A stretch of 64,000 nucleotides of DNA, taken from NCBI GenBank assembly GCA_963727455.1, contig CAVSGG010000005.1, positions 288,001 to 352,000 of the forward strand, given 5' to 3'. The stretch comes from Candidatus Krumholzibacteriota bacterium (GTDB lineage Bacteria > Krumholzibacteriota > Krumholzibacteriia > JAJRXK01). The first letter of the stretch is position 1, and the number at the start of each line of letters is the position of its first letter. The position numbers and the translations under genes are program-made. The notes beneath the pieces were generated by a model. It was not told where the DNA came from and did not search any database. It was given only the letters and a program-made list of their open reading frames with translations. Below are positions 32,361-42,058 of the stretch, in pieces.

Positions 32361-35300
32361 TCAGCGCACGAGGGCCATTTTTTTGGTCTCCGTGAAGCCC
32401 AGCCCCTTCACCTGGTAGAGATAGACTCCGCTGGAAACGGCCGTTCCCAGCTCGTCCTTCCCGTCCCACTTTACCGCGGTTGTGGCGCCTCCTTCCACCA
32501 CCTGGTGGAAGAGCAGGCGCACGAGCTGGCCCTTGAGGTTGTAGATCCTCACGCTGACCTCGCCGCGGGAGGGTGCGATGAATCGGATCGTGGTCGAAGG
32601 ATTGAAGGGATTGGGATGATTTTGCTCCACCACCAGGCGGCGGATCCCCGGCGTGCCGACCTGGGTCGCGGCCCCCGGATTCACGCTCTCGCCGAACGCA
32701 TTCAAAATTTCGGCCAGGAAGACCGAGCGGTCCGAAACCCCCGCCGAGGTTTTCGCAAAGGTGTCGGCCAGGTAGTTGAAACCGAAGGGGAAGGTGAGGT
32801 CCACTCGACGGTAGGAGTCGATCCCCACGAATTCGTTGCGTTCGTACCAGATGCCCGCGGCAGGGGGCAGAATGGGCCCACCGACGCCGCCGTCGGTGAA
32901 GTTATGCGATACCACGGCGCCCGTTCCATTGAAGGGCTGAATGTAATCGAACTTGTTGATGGAGGGGCATCCTCCATTCGCGACCACACCAGTAACGAAA
33001 GTCGAGGCGGGCGTTCCACTGGGTTGCAGGTAGGGGGTGACCTGTCCGTTCAGGGCATAATTCGCGTCGTTTGTGATGTAATCGACTCCCATAGTGCTCT
33101 GCAAGTAGCTGAGGGTGCTCAGCCCTTGACTGTTGAGACCCGAAGCGATGTTGTCGGCGAAGTAGGCTATGTAGCGGTCACCCGCCAAGTGATGCCAGGC
33201 TTCCAAGGTCGCCAGATCGTTGCTCTTGTCATTTCCATTCTGATTGCTTCCGTCGCAGATCAGTCCCGAGGACAGGTTGCCCGCCAGGTAGAGAATGGTG
33301 TGATAGCCGCCGAGCTGTGCTCCCGTGGCACCATGGACTCCAGCCGATCCGATCCCGTTTCCCACCAGCGAGCTCGGACCCACCACCGTATAGGTGTCGA
33401 AGTCGATTCCCTCTACCAGACCATTCTGGGCCATCGCATAGAGGAACTCGGATTCGCCGCCGCGGGGACCGAAATCCTTGATCGTGATCGAGTTTTCGTC
33501 GCCGATGTCTCCCGCCACCGCTTGCTTCGTCTGCGCCGACAAAATGGGAGACTCCTCACCGCGACGTCCGAAGTCGTTGATCAGTAGGATCGTGGGTTGC
33601 TTCAAGCCGCCGATGCCATCCGCCACGACCGAAGGCAGAGCCCGCACCGTGGCCAGGCGCGAGTAGCCACTGCCGGAGAGGAAACCGGTAGTGTCCGCCG
33701 GCATGGTACTCGTCTCTCCGAAACTGTCCTCCGCCTCGATGAACCAGCGGAAGATGTCGCCAGGGAAGAACATGGCGTCCTCGTCGCTCTGGTAAGACGC
33801 AACCGCGGGGCCATCGTTCGGCGCGTCGAAGAAAAACAAGTCGTCGACCGGATCGCCAAAGGTAGTGCGAGCGCTATCACCCTCGACCGTTCCGGTCCAG
33901 ACCGGGAAGCCACGCGTGCTGATGCCCGACATGCTCGCACCGGCCGGCAGTATTCTCACCGAGTCGAAATCTGGATTGGCCTCGAGAGCCCAGCGCATTA
34001 CCGGCAGTCCATTGCTTCCGGGACCAACCAGGGTGGCCCCAGGGTTGACCGCCTTGATGCTCATGACCAGTGAATCCCCGGCAACGTTTGCCGTACCGTT
34101 GACATTGATGTCCTTCGCGGCGTCGATACGCACCGAGGCGTTGGCGGCGTCGCCCTGCCAATCGCTGGTGCCGCTGTTGGGAAAGCCGTCCTGGAAGAGA
34201 TCGACCTCATTGCTACTGAACTGGGGACCCGAAGCCTGGTACTTCCAAAAACTCACGTCGTCAAAGAGAGGAGAGGGGGTTGCATCTCCGCCGGGAAGCG
34301 AAAAATACTGGGCCAAGTCTCGCACGCCCAATGCGATCTGGACTTTCTCCGGATAGTCCACGAGTAAGTCGCTGACATCGTTCGTGATGGTGAAATAGAG
34401 CGGATTGTTGCCATAGTAGACGAAACCGCGATCGCGCCAGGGGGACCACTTACCGTTTGCGTCGGGATAACTGCGGATCCTCCAGGTCCAGAAGATCCCG
34501 TTGTTCAGCGGCAGATGTTGCCACACCGTAAATTGCAGGATCGCACCGCCCACGATGCCATCGTCGTAACTGGTGTTGGAATCGTCCCACGCGATTTCGG
34601 GCGACCAGAACTCGTTCATGAGCGTGCCTGCGGTAGGATCCACCCCGCCCTGGTAGTTGACGACGAATCCTTCCTTCGTGCCGTAGGTCCACATCCCCGA
34701 GACCGAACCTCCCGTGCTCTCCGTGGAGTTCAAGGGTGGTGTGCCATCGTCGATGAACCCGATTTGGGGCGTCTTGTTGGTCGAGCACGGATCGATGTCG
34801 AAGAAAATGGGCCAGACCCGACCGAAGTTCCCCACGAGGCTCGACGGGGTGGCGCTCCATCCCTCCGTATCGTAATCCCCTCCGCCGAGATCCTCGAAAG
34901 TGGCCAGACCGTCGCCGTAAGTGGTCACCGGGACCCCATTGAAGTAGACCCGAAGGTTGTCGACCTGAACGGCCCCGTCGCTGGGATACAGACCGTCCGC
35001 ATCGGATCCCGAACTATCCGTCTGGACGCGAAGGCGTAAGTGCACTTTGTAACTGGAGTACATGAGTGGAGTGAAGAAGATGCTCTGATCGAAATGCCCC
35101 GGTGTCGTGAAGTTCCCTTGAGTGTCTCGTGTATCTCCGGTGAAGGTGGCAAGGGTCTTCAGGACGCCCGCGGAATCGTATTCGACCACGAAGAAATCCG
35201 CGTTGGGTTCAAGGTCCATGTTGTAGTCGAAGACGAGACGTACGTTGACGCTCACCACGGGATTGGTGGGCGCGCTCCAGTCGAGCCAGTCGTCCATGTT

Positions 35301-35735
35301 GTTCGCGTAACCGGGGGCCGTGCTGAAACCGGCTTCCCCCGCCTCGGCACCGCAGAACATGGCGTGATTTTGTGCGTTTGCATCCAGGTTCGCCGCATTG
35401 AAATCGCTGACGTGCCAGAGGGGAGTGTCCTCGGTGAGATCCACTGGGGTCCAGCCCTGTAGGGAGGGGACGAGGTCGAGGGAGTTGAATTGCCCCTCGG
35501 GAAGCCGATCGTTGAGTCCGCCAGGATGTTCGCCGCCGTAAATGTTCCAATAGAGAGTGGAAGTTCCAGTGAGCTTTTGATCGGAGCTGTTGACGGTCAC
35601 GTTCGAACCGAACTCCGCGATGTGCGGTGCTTCAGTGGGCACCGCGCTGTGTTGGTTGGAACTGGCGAGGGAGGGGAGAGGCAGCGAGATCAAAATCAAC
35701 GCGAGGCCGCAGACGAGGACGCGGATCGTGCTCAT
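32361..35735 (-). CDS. Large secreted protein of unknown function with C-terminal FlgD-Ig/T9SS-A-like sorting domain
   Basis: Signal peptide; C-terminal QNHPNPFNPSTTI...WDGKD...SSGVYLY...KKMALVR. Confidence 0.85.
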   Translation of the reverse strand: MSTIRVLVCGLALILISLPLPSLASSNQHSAVPTEAPHIAEFGSNVTVNSSDQKLTGTSTLYWNIYGGEHPGGLNDRLPEGQFNSLDLVPSLQGWTPVDLTEDTPLWHVSDFNAANLDANAQNHAMFCGAEAGEAGFSTAPGYANNMDDWLDWSAPTNPVVSVNVRLVFDYNMDLEPNADFFVVEYDSAGVLKTLATFTGDTRDTQGNFTTPGHFDQSIFFTPLMYSSYKVHLRLRVQTDSSGSDADGLYPSDGAVQVDNLRVYFNGVPVTTYGDGLATFEDLGGGDYDTEGWSATPSSLVGNFGRVWPIFFDIDPCSTNKTPQIGFIDDGTPPLNSTESTGGSVSGMWTYGTKEGFVVNYQGGVDPTAGTLMNEFWSPEIAWDDSNTSYDDGIVGGAILQFTVWQHLPLNNGIFWTWRIRSYPDANGKWSPWRDRGFVYYGNNPLYFTITNDVSDLLVDYPEKVQIALGVRDLAQYFSLPGGDATPSPLFDDVSFWKYQASGPQFSSNEVDLFQDGFPNSGTSDWQGDAANASVRIDAAKDINVNGTANVAGDSLVMSIKAVNPGATLVGPGSNGLPVMRWALEANPDFDSVRILPAGASMSGISTRGFPVWTGTVEGDSARTTFGDPVDDLFFFDAPNDGPAVASYQSDEDAMFFPGDIFRWFIEAEDSFGETSTMPADTTGFLSGSGYSRLATVRALPSVVADGIGGLKQPTILLINDFGRRGEESPILSAQTKQAVAGDIGDENSITIKDFGPRGGESEFLYAMAQNGLVEGIDFDTYTVVGPSSLVGNGIGSAGVHGATGAQLGGYHTILYLAGNLSSGLICDGSNQNGNDKSNDLATLEAWHHLAGDRYIAYFADNIASGLNSQGLSTLSYLQSTMGVDYITNDANYALNGQVTPYLQPSGTPASTFVTGVVANGGCPSINKFDYIQPFNGTGAVVSHNFTDGGVGGPILPPAAGIWYERNEFVGIDSYRRVDLTFPFGFNYLADTFAKTSAGVSDRSVFLAEILNAFGESVNPGAATQVGTPGIRRLVVEQNHPNPFNPSTTIRFIAPSRGEVSVRIYNLKGQLVRLLFHQVVEGGATTAVKWDGKDELGTAVSSGVYLYQVKGLGFTETKKMALVR

Positions 35736-36144
35736 GGATGTGTACCTTCCGAGCGATCGAGATCGGGAATGTAGGCGAGGAGGGTCTGCGAAAGCCCATG
35801 CCCTCCTTTACGTTCGAAACGAACGCGCGCCCTCTCAGGTAGGCAGCTGGCAGGACTGGATCCGACTGCTTCGACAAGGATGTTCAGCAGCGGATACAGG
35901 CAGCCTTCCCGCACGATACCGCGGGGGGAGCCGGCTAGACCTGGAGTCGGGCCCGTCACTTCAGCTCACTGAGTCTATCCGATCGCGCGCCGTCTTGGCA
36001 ATATGGCCGACTCCACTTGGCGTTGGACGGAGGGCGCCAAGCGTCTATATTGCTCCGAATTAGGGGTTTTTCCTCAGGACATCGGCCAGGGGTGCCCGGC
36101 GTGCCGGGCGCGGTATCCGGAATTCAGAGTCGGGAGGGTGGAGA

Positions 36145-38106
36145 ATGCGGCAGAACGCCATCGAGAAGATCGTGCAGCGCTACGCGGTCGGGTTGGCGGA
36201 AGGAGTACTCGTGCGCGCGGAGGATTTCGTGACCGTGCGCCCCTTGCACGTGATGACGCACGACAACAGCGGCGCCGTGCTCAACAAATTCCAGGCGCTG
36301 GGCGCAAAGAGAGTCTTCGATCCTTCGCAACCCGTGTTTGCTCTCGACCACGACGTGCAGAATACTTCCGAGTCGAACCTGTCGAAGTACGAGCGCATCG
36401 AGGCCTTTGCGCGCCAGCAGGGGATCGCCTTCCATCCGGCGGGAAGAGGGATCGGCCATCAGATCATGGCCGAGGAGGGATTCGCCCTTCCCGGAGCGCT
36501 CGTGGTTGGCAGCGACTCGCACTCCAATCTCTACGGTGCCCTCAGCGCCCTCGGAACGCCCGTAGTGCGTACCGATGCGGCTGCCATCTGGGCGACGGGT
36601 ACGACCTGGTGGCAGGTACCCAAGACGGTGCGAGTGAATCTGCTGAACAAATTGCGCCAGGGGGTGAGCGGGAAGGACGTGATTCTGAGCCTCATCGCGC
36701 TCTATCGCCACGACGAGGTCCTCAACCACGCGATCGAGTTCCATGGCCCCGGAGTGCGCGCTTTGAGCATGGACGCCCGGATGACGATTGCGAACATGAC
36801 TACGGAATGGGGAGCGCTCGCGGGCTGGTTCCCCTTCGATGAGGGTTTGCGGGACTGGCTCCATACCCGCGCGCGTCATTTCCAAGAGCGCGGTGACGAG
36901 GCTCCTCGCCTCACGTCCGAATCGGTCGAAGAGCTCTATTCGGAGCGCGTGGAGGCGGACGAGGACGCGTGGTACGCCAAGGAGATCGACTTCGATCTTT
37001 CGCGCGTGAGTCCTTACGTGGCGGGGCCGGATCAGGTCAAGGTGGCTGCCTCGGTGGCGGAGATGGAGCCCAAGAAGATCAAAGTCGACAAGGCATTTTT
37101 GCTCTCCTGCGTGAACAGTCGACTGGAAGATCTGCAGCAAGCAGCGGCGGTGTTGCGCGGCAAGCGCGTGGCGGATGGGGTGCAACTTTACCTCGCCGCC
37201 GCCTCCAGCGAGATCGAATCGGCCGCCACTGCCGACGGAAGCTGGCAAGCTCTCTTGGAGGCCGGAGCCATTCCTCTACCACCCGGATGTGGTCCCTGTA
37301 TCGGACTGGGGCAGGGTACTCTCGAGGAGAACGAGGTGGGGATCAGCGCCACCAACCGCAACTTCAAGGGGCGGATGGGTAATCGCAGCGCGCAGTGCTA
37401 CCTGGCCAGTCCCGCGGTAGTCGCCGCGTCCGCGGTTGCGGGTTACATCGCGGGGCCCAGCGCGCCGGAGGACTCCATCCCCGCGGCACAGCTGCGCGCG
37501 AATCCCGCGCCGAAACGGACGGCCAGCACCGTCCGCACCCTGGAGGGCTTTCCCGAGAAGCTCTCAGGTCGTCTGCTCTTTCTTCCCCAGGACAACCTCA
37601 ACACCGATGGGATCTACGGGAAGGACTGGACCTATCGCGACGACATGAAGCCACAGGAAATGGCCGAGGTTGCCATGCTGAATTACGATCCGAAGTTCCA
37701 GCAGATTGCGAAGCAGGGCGACATTCTGGTCGGGGGAAAGAACTTCGGCTCGGGTTCGTCCCGGGAGCAAGCGGCAACCGCGCTGAAGTTCCGCGGAATT
37801 CAGCTCATTCTCGCGGCCTCGTTCAGCGAGACCTACAAACGCAACGCGTTCAACAATGGTATTCTCGTAGTCGAGTGTCCCGAGCTGGTGGTTGCGCTGC
37901 TGCAAGCCCAGAGTGAAGCAGTGCGGGCCGATCACAGGACCATCCCGTGCCCCGGATTGGCGGAGGTGGACTTCTTGAATGCAACGGTCAGCTACGAAGG
38001 AGCGAACTATGTCATCGCGGCCCTTTCCAGTACTGCACAAGAGTTGGTGCTGGCCGGGGGAAGCGAAGGTCTCGTGCGGCAGCAGCTCGCGCGTCAAGCC
38101 CGGTAG
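36145..38106 (+). CDS. lysF: Single-chain homoaconitase (fungal Lys4/LysF-type aconitase family)
   Basis: EKIVQRYAVGL, MTHDN, GIGHQIM.EEG, SDSHSNLYG, SCVNSR, GCGPCIGLG, ATNRNFKGRMG; fused small subunit NTDGIY, NFGSGSSRE. Confidence 0.8.
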   Translation: MRQNAIEKIVQRYAVGLAEGVLVRAEDFVTVRPLHVMTHDNSGAVLNKFQALGAKRVFDPSQPVFALDHDVQNTSESNLSKYERIEAFARQQGIAFHPAGRGIGHQIMAEEGFALPGALVVGSDSHSNLYGALSALGTPVVRTDAAAIWATGTTWWQVPKTVRVNLLNKLRQGVSGKDVILSLIALYRHDEVLNHAIEFHGPGVRALSMDARMTIANMTTEWGALAGWFPFDEGLRDWLHTRARHFQERGDEAPRLTSESVEELYSERVEADEDAWYAKEIDFDLSRVSPYVAGPDQVKVAASVAEMEPKKIKVDKAFLLSCVNSRLEDLQQAAAVLRGKRVADGVQLYLAAASSEIESAATADGSWQALLEAGAIPLPPGCGPCIGLGQGTLEENEVGISATNRNFKGRMGNRSAQCYLASPAVVAASAVAGYIAGPSAPEDSIPAAQLRANPAPKRTASTVRTLEGFPEKLSGRLLFLPQDNLNTDGIYGKDWTYRDDMKPQEMAEVAMLNYDPKFQQIAKQGDILVGGKNFGSGSSREQAATALKFRGIQLILAASFSETYKRNAFNNGILVVECPELVVALLQAQSEAVRADHRTIPCPGLAEVDFLNATVSYEGANYVIAALSSTAQELVLAGGSEGLVRQQLARQAR

Positions 38107-38969
38107 AGATCGTAGCTGAAGAGCCCCAGTGCGCTCCAGATGAACAGGAAGCTGAGCAGTTTCTCGCGACCAAAGGGTTCGTGGAACGCGAGAACCGCGA
38201 GGAGAAACTGCAGCGAGGGCGCCACATACTGCAGCACACCCACTGTCGAGTAGGGCAAGCGACGCGCCGCGTTGGTGAACCACAAGAGCGGCAACGCGGT
38301 GATCATCCCCCCCGCGGCCAAGAGGAATTTCAGAGGACTTTCGGCCCTCGTGAAGATCAGGGCGTCGTCGGCGCGCAGATGGGCGAGCCAGAGGAGGGCC
38401 AGAGGGGAGAGGAGAAGGGTCTCGAGGCAGAGCCCCTCCATGGGTCCAGCGGCAACTCTTTTTCTTACAAGACCATAGAATCCAAAGCTCAGAGCTAGGA
38501 TGAAGGCGAGGCCGGGGAAGCTCCCCTGGCTGAGAGTGAGTGTGAGCACGCCGATGACAGCCAAGAGCACCGAGATTTTCTGCCGGGGCCGCAGCTTCTC
38601 ACCCAGAAATGCGACGCCCAAGAGCACGTTCAAGAGCGGGTTGATGAAGTACCCCAGGCTGGCCGAGAGCACCTGATCGTGGCCCACGGCCCAGATGAAG
38701 GTGTACCAGTTGATGGCGATGAGCGCGGTGGAGAGGAGGAGCAGTCGGAAGGTGCGCCACTCTCGGAGAGTGTGCCAGGATTTCACCAGATGGCCGCGCA
38801 GAGCCAAAAGAGACAAGAGGAAGAGGGCCGACCAGAGCACGCGGTGGCAGAGCACTTCCAGGGGAGTAGCGCTGGCGACCGCTTTGAAGTAGAGGGCGAT
38901 GAACCCCCACCACAGGTAGGCGGCCAGGCCGTAGGCCACTCCGACTTTGGTTTGCCGATCCGAGCTCAA
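38094..38969 (-). CDS. rarD: EamA-family transporter RarD
   Basis: AYLWWG, EVLCHRVLWS, ASLGYFINPL, QYVAPSLQF. Confidence 0.93.
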   Translation of the reverse strand: MSSDRQTKVGVAYGLAAYLWWGFIALYFKAVASATPLEVLCHRVLWSALFLLSLLALRGHLVKSWHTLREWRTFRLLLLSTALIAINWYTFIWAVGHDQVLSASLGYFINPLLNVLLGVAFLGEKLRPRQKISVLLAVIGVLTLTLSQGSFPGLAFILALSFGFYGLVRKRVAAGPMEGLCLETLLLSPLALLWLAHLRADDALIFTRAESPLKFLLAAGGMITALPLLWFTNAARRLPYSTVGVLQYVAPSLQFLLAVLAFHEPFGREKLLSFLFIWSALGLFSYDLYRA

Positions 38970-39739
38970 CGGGCGCAGGTCTGTCGGCGACCGCCGTCGA
39001 TGGCAATGGTCTCGCCGGTGATCCAGCCCGCATCGTCACTGGCCAAGAACGCGATGAGCGCGGCGACTTCTGCAGGTTCACCAACTCTACCCAAAGGATG
39101 CGTGGACTTGCTGTGCTCGAGGAAGTTGGCGTAGTGCTCTTCGTCCATCCCGCCGTTGCGGTGCAAATTCGTGCGCACCACTCCGGGATTGACCGCATTC
39201 ACGCGGACTCTGCTCTCTGCCAGTTCCAGCGCCAGGCAGCGCGTCAGCTGATCCACCCCCGCCTTGCTCACACAGTACGCGAGGACACCGGGGAAGGCCC
39301 TCGTTCCCGTCACGCTACTCAGGTTTACGATGTTGCCCTGGCTCGTCTTCAAGTGGGGGATCGCGTTGCGGGTGAGTGCGTACAGTGAACGCAGATTGAT
39401 GTCCATCATTCCGTCATAGCTCGCGAGATCGGTGTGCTCCCAATCTCCACTAGCGATGATCCCGGCCGCGTTGATCAGGATGTCCAATCCGCCCAGTTCC
39501 TCCGCCGTGGTCTCGACAAGTTGGGCGCGGAATTCCTCCTGGGTGAGGTCGCCGTCGATGGTCCCCAGGGGCAGCTCGGCTCCCGCTTCCTGAGCGAGAG
39601 CGGCGAGTGCCTCCTTGTTGCGGCCGGTGGCGAGGACGATCGCTCCCTCGCGCACGAAGTGAAGCGCGGTGGCCCGTCCAATACCGGAGCTGGCGCCGGT
39701 GACGAGCGCGCGTTTGCCTTCGAGTTTCCCTTTGGTCAT
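38966..39739 (-). CDS. Short-chain dehydrogenase/reductase
   Basis: TGASSGIG, NAAG, YCVSK, VNAVNPG. Confidence 0.92.
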   Translation of the reverse strand: MTKGKLEGKRALVTGASSGIGRATALHFVREGAIVLATGRNKEALAALAQEAGAELPLGTIDGDLTQEEFRAQLVETTAEELGGLDILINAAGIIASGDWEHTDLASYDGMMDINLRSLYALTRNAIPHLKTSQGNIVNLSSVTGTRAFPGVLAYCVSKAGVDQLTRCLALELAESRVRVNAVNPGVVRTNLHRNGGMDEEHYANFLEHSKSTHPLGRVGEPAEVAALIAFLASDDAGWITGETIAIDGGRRQTCAR

Positions 39740-39780
39740 GAGAGTTCCTTTGTCCGCGCGCCTTCAGAAGCGACGCATTC

Positions 39781-41319
39781 TTAGTGCGCTTCCGTGACGG
39801 GAGCTGGCTCGCGTAAACGGCCCGGCATTTCGGCCAGGATGTAAGCCATGAGCGCCATGCTCCCCACGTTCACGCGCAAGTCCTTCTCTACAATCTTGTC
39901 GAAGGTATCCGCATTCGTGTGGTGGATTTCGAAGTATTTCGAGGTGTCGTGATCGAGTCCCAAAGCGACCACACCGCGCAGAGCCATGGGGCCTACGTCG
40001 GTTCCCGAGTACGAAGAAAAAATCCGGGTGCTCGAAAGGGGCGCGAAGAGAGCCGCAAAGCGCTCGAGCTTGCCGATCGCGAAACCACGCTCGCGATTGA
40101 GTACCGACTGCTCTTCTTCGCTCAGCTCGCGTTTCTCTCCCTCGACCACGCTATTGGCTGGTCGGAGGTCCAATCGAAAACCGTCGGCCAATCCGTTTCC
40201 CGAGTCGGATTCGATGGCCGCGATGTGATTGGCGAGTTCCGCCTCATGACGACGCGCGTATTCCTTGCCGCCATGATCGCCGTTTTCCTCGTTGGTGAAA
40301 AGCACGAGCCGGATGGTGCGCCGCGGATGCAGATTCAAGCGCTGGAGGGTCCGAACCGCTCCCCAGGCGATGATGCATCCCACGCCGTCGTCCTGCGCTC
40401 CCTGCCCGACGTCCCAGGAATCCAGATGCCCCCCCAGGACTACCACTTCGTCGGGCTTTTCGCTGCCAGGATAATCCGCCACCACGTTCGCGCTCTCCAC
40501 CTCCGGCAGCGTCTTCGCGCCCATTTCGAGATGGCACTTCATCTTCACCCCGCGCCTCTGCAGACGATGCATGAGAGTGGCTCCCTCGATGGTGACGGCA
40601 GCCGCGGGGATCTTGGCCTCTTCCTCGTCGTAGAGCAGGGTACCGGTGTGAGGCGTATCGTAGGAGATGGGTCCCACCGAACGCACGAGCGTAGCGAGCG
40701 CTCCCCAACGCGCGGCACGGCTCGGACCGGCCGTGCGGTAACGCACCGTCTTGCCATAGCTCACGAAGGGCGCGTCGTAGAGTACGATCTTGCCCTTCAA
40801 CTCGCCCTTCTCACCCCAGCTTTGCAGCTCCTCGAAGTTGCTGACGACGACGACCTCCGCGTCAATCCCCCCCGGTGGGGTGCCGACGCTCATGCCCAGT
40901 CCCAAAATGTTCAGGCGATGTTTGGTTGTTGGAGTCGTCAGCCAAGCTCGCTCTTCGCCCCGGACCCAGTGCGGAACCTCGACCTTTTCGCGGTGGACGT
41001 TCGAGAAGCCCTGAGCCTTCAACTTCGCGATGGCCCAATCGATTGCGTTTTCCAGGGTCTGTGTTCCACTCAAGCGGTTGCCGTAGTCGTCACAGAGCTC
41101 GGAGAGAGTCGCATAGGGTTCACTGGAGAGCAGGGCTTCACCGAGGATCCGCCGCGCGGGACCGCGGTAGGCAGCGAGTTCATCCTCGTCCGCGCAAACC
41201 TGCTTGGGAAGGGGCAGGAGCAAGAGTGAAAGACAAAGAAATGTGTAGAAGCCGACGGCTCGCGAGTTCACGATCCACTCCAGAGTCTGCGGGAAAACAG
41301 AGACATTAGCACCACCCAT
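39781..41319 (-). CDS. M28 peptidase, carboxypeptidase Q-like, with PA domain; start uncertain
   Basis: GGHLDSWDVGQGAQDDG, TNEENG, ESDSG, HHTNADT. Confidence 0.88.
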   Translation of the reverse strand: MGGANVSVFPQTLEWIVNSRAVGFYTFLCLSLLLLPLPKQVCADEDELAAYRGPARRILGEALLSSEPYATLSELCDDYGNRLSGTQTLENAIDWAIAKLKAQGFSNVHREKVEVPHWVRGEERAWLTTPTTKHRLNILGLGMSVGTPPGGIDAEVVVVSNFEELQSWGEKGELKGKIVLYDAPFVSYGKTVRYRTAGPSRAARWGALATLVRSVGPISYDTPHTGTLLYDEEEAKIPAAAVTIEGATLMHRLQRRGVKMKCHLEMGAKTLPEVESANVVADYPGSEKPDEVVVLGGHLDSWDVGQGAQDDGVGCIIAWGAVRTLQRLNLHPRRTIRLVLFTNEENGDHGGKEYARRHEAELANHIAAIESDSGNGLADGFRLDLRPANSVVEGEKRELSEEEQSVLNRERGFAIGKLERFAALFAPLSSTRIFSSYSGTDVGPMALRGVVALGLDHDTSKYFEIHHTNADTFDKIVEKDLRVNVGSMALMAYILAEMPGRLREPAPVTEAH

Positions 41320-41367
41320 CCACCGAGGAAAGGCTGGCCGAGAGAGCTTTCCGTGACGGCCGGGGTC

Positions 41368-42003
41368 TCATACCATAGGGCCGCCCAGACTCGACCAGAG
41401 GTACCAACTCGCCACGCTGCGCCAGGGTCGCCACGCCTCCGCCAGTTCCACGAACTGTTTTGCGCTGGGTCGCTCCTTCAATCCGTAGAGATTGCGTACG
41501 GCATTTTGAAGTCCGAGATCGCCTACCGACAGGACATCGGGGCGGCCCAGCACGAAGAGCAGGAACATCTCACCCGTCCAGCGGCCGATGCCCTTCACCT
41601 GACTCAAGTGCTCGATGACGCTATCGTCGTCGAGGCGGTGGATACTGCGGAGTTTCAGATCGCGATTCTGCTGGCGACGTGCCAAATCTTGCAGGTAATC
41701 GCGCTTCTGGCGACTCACCCCACACTCGCGATAGCCGCTCTCCTCGAGCTGCAAGAGCTTGACGGCCGAGAGTCTACCTCCCAGGCGCGCGCGGAGCCGG
41801 CGACGGACCGTTGCCGCGGCCTGAATTGAAATCTGTTGTCCGAGGATCATGTGCGCGAGCGACTCGAATCGGGTGCGACGTGGTAGGGGCGCGGAAAGCG
41901 CGCCGACACGTTTTACCACCTCGCCCAGGACAGGGTCGCGTCGGCAGAGGTACCGGCGAGCCTCACGCCAAGCCTTTTCGTCGTGAAGGGTCGTAAGCTT
42001 CAT
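41368..42003 (-). CDS. alkA: DNA-3-methyladenine glycosylase (AlkA/HhH-GPD)
   Basis: ILGQQIS, VKGIGRWTGEMFL...RPDV...DLG, WRPWRSVA. Confidence 0.88.
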   Translation of the reverse strand: MKLTTLHDEKAWREARRYLCRRDPVLGEVVKRVGALSAPLPRRTRFESLAHMILGQQISIQAAATVRRRLRARLGGRLSAVKLLQLEESGYRECGVSRQKRDYLQDLARRQQNRDLKLRSIHRLDDDSVIEHLSQVKGIGRWTGEMFLLFVLGRPDVLSVGDLGLQNAVRNLYGLKERPSAKQFVELAEAWRPWRSVASWYLWSSLGGPMV

Positions 42004-42058
42004 CCTAGGATCGAGACTCTCGAGCTGCCGGCAAGAGTGAACCTCGCACCCTCATCCG

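Noticed and set aside
35778-35825. Two plus-strand hairpins with GAAA-containing loops as a riboswitch
   Set aside because: No recognisable aptamer consensus, and they lie on the strand opposite the adjacent gene's leader.
36000-36144. Lysine riboswitch or leader peptide before the homoaconitase
   Set aside because: Only generic GC hairpins; no L-box features or Lys-codon-rich leader.
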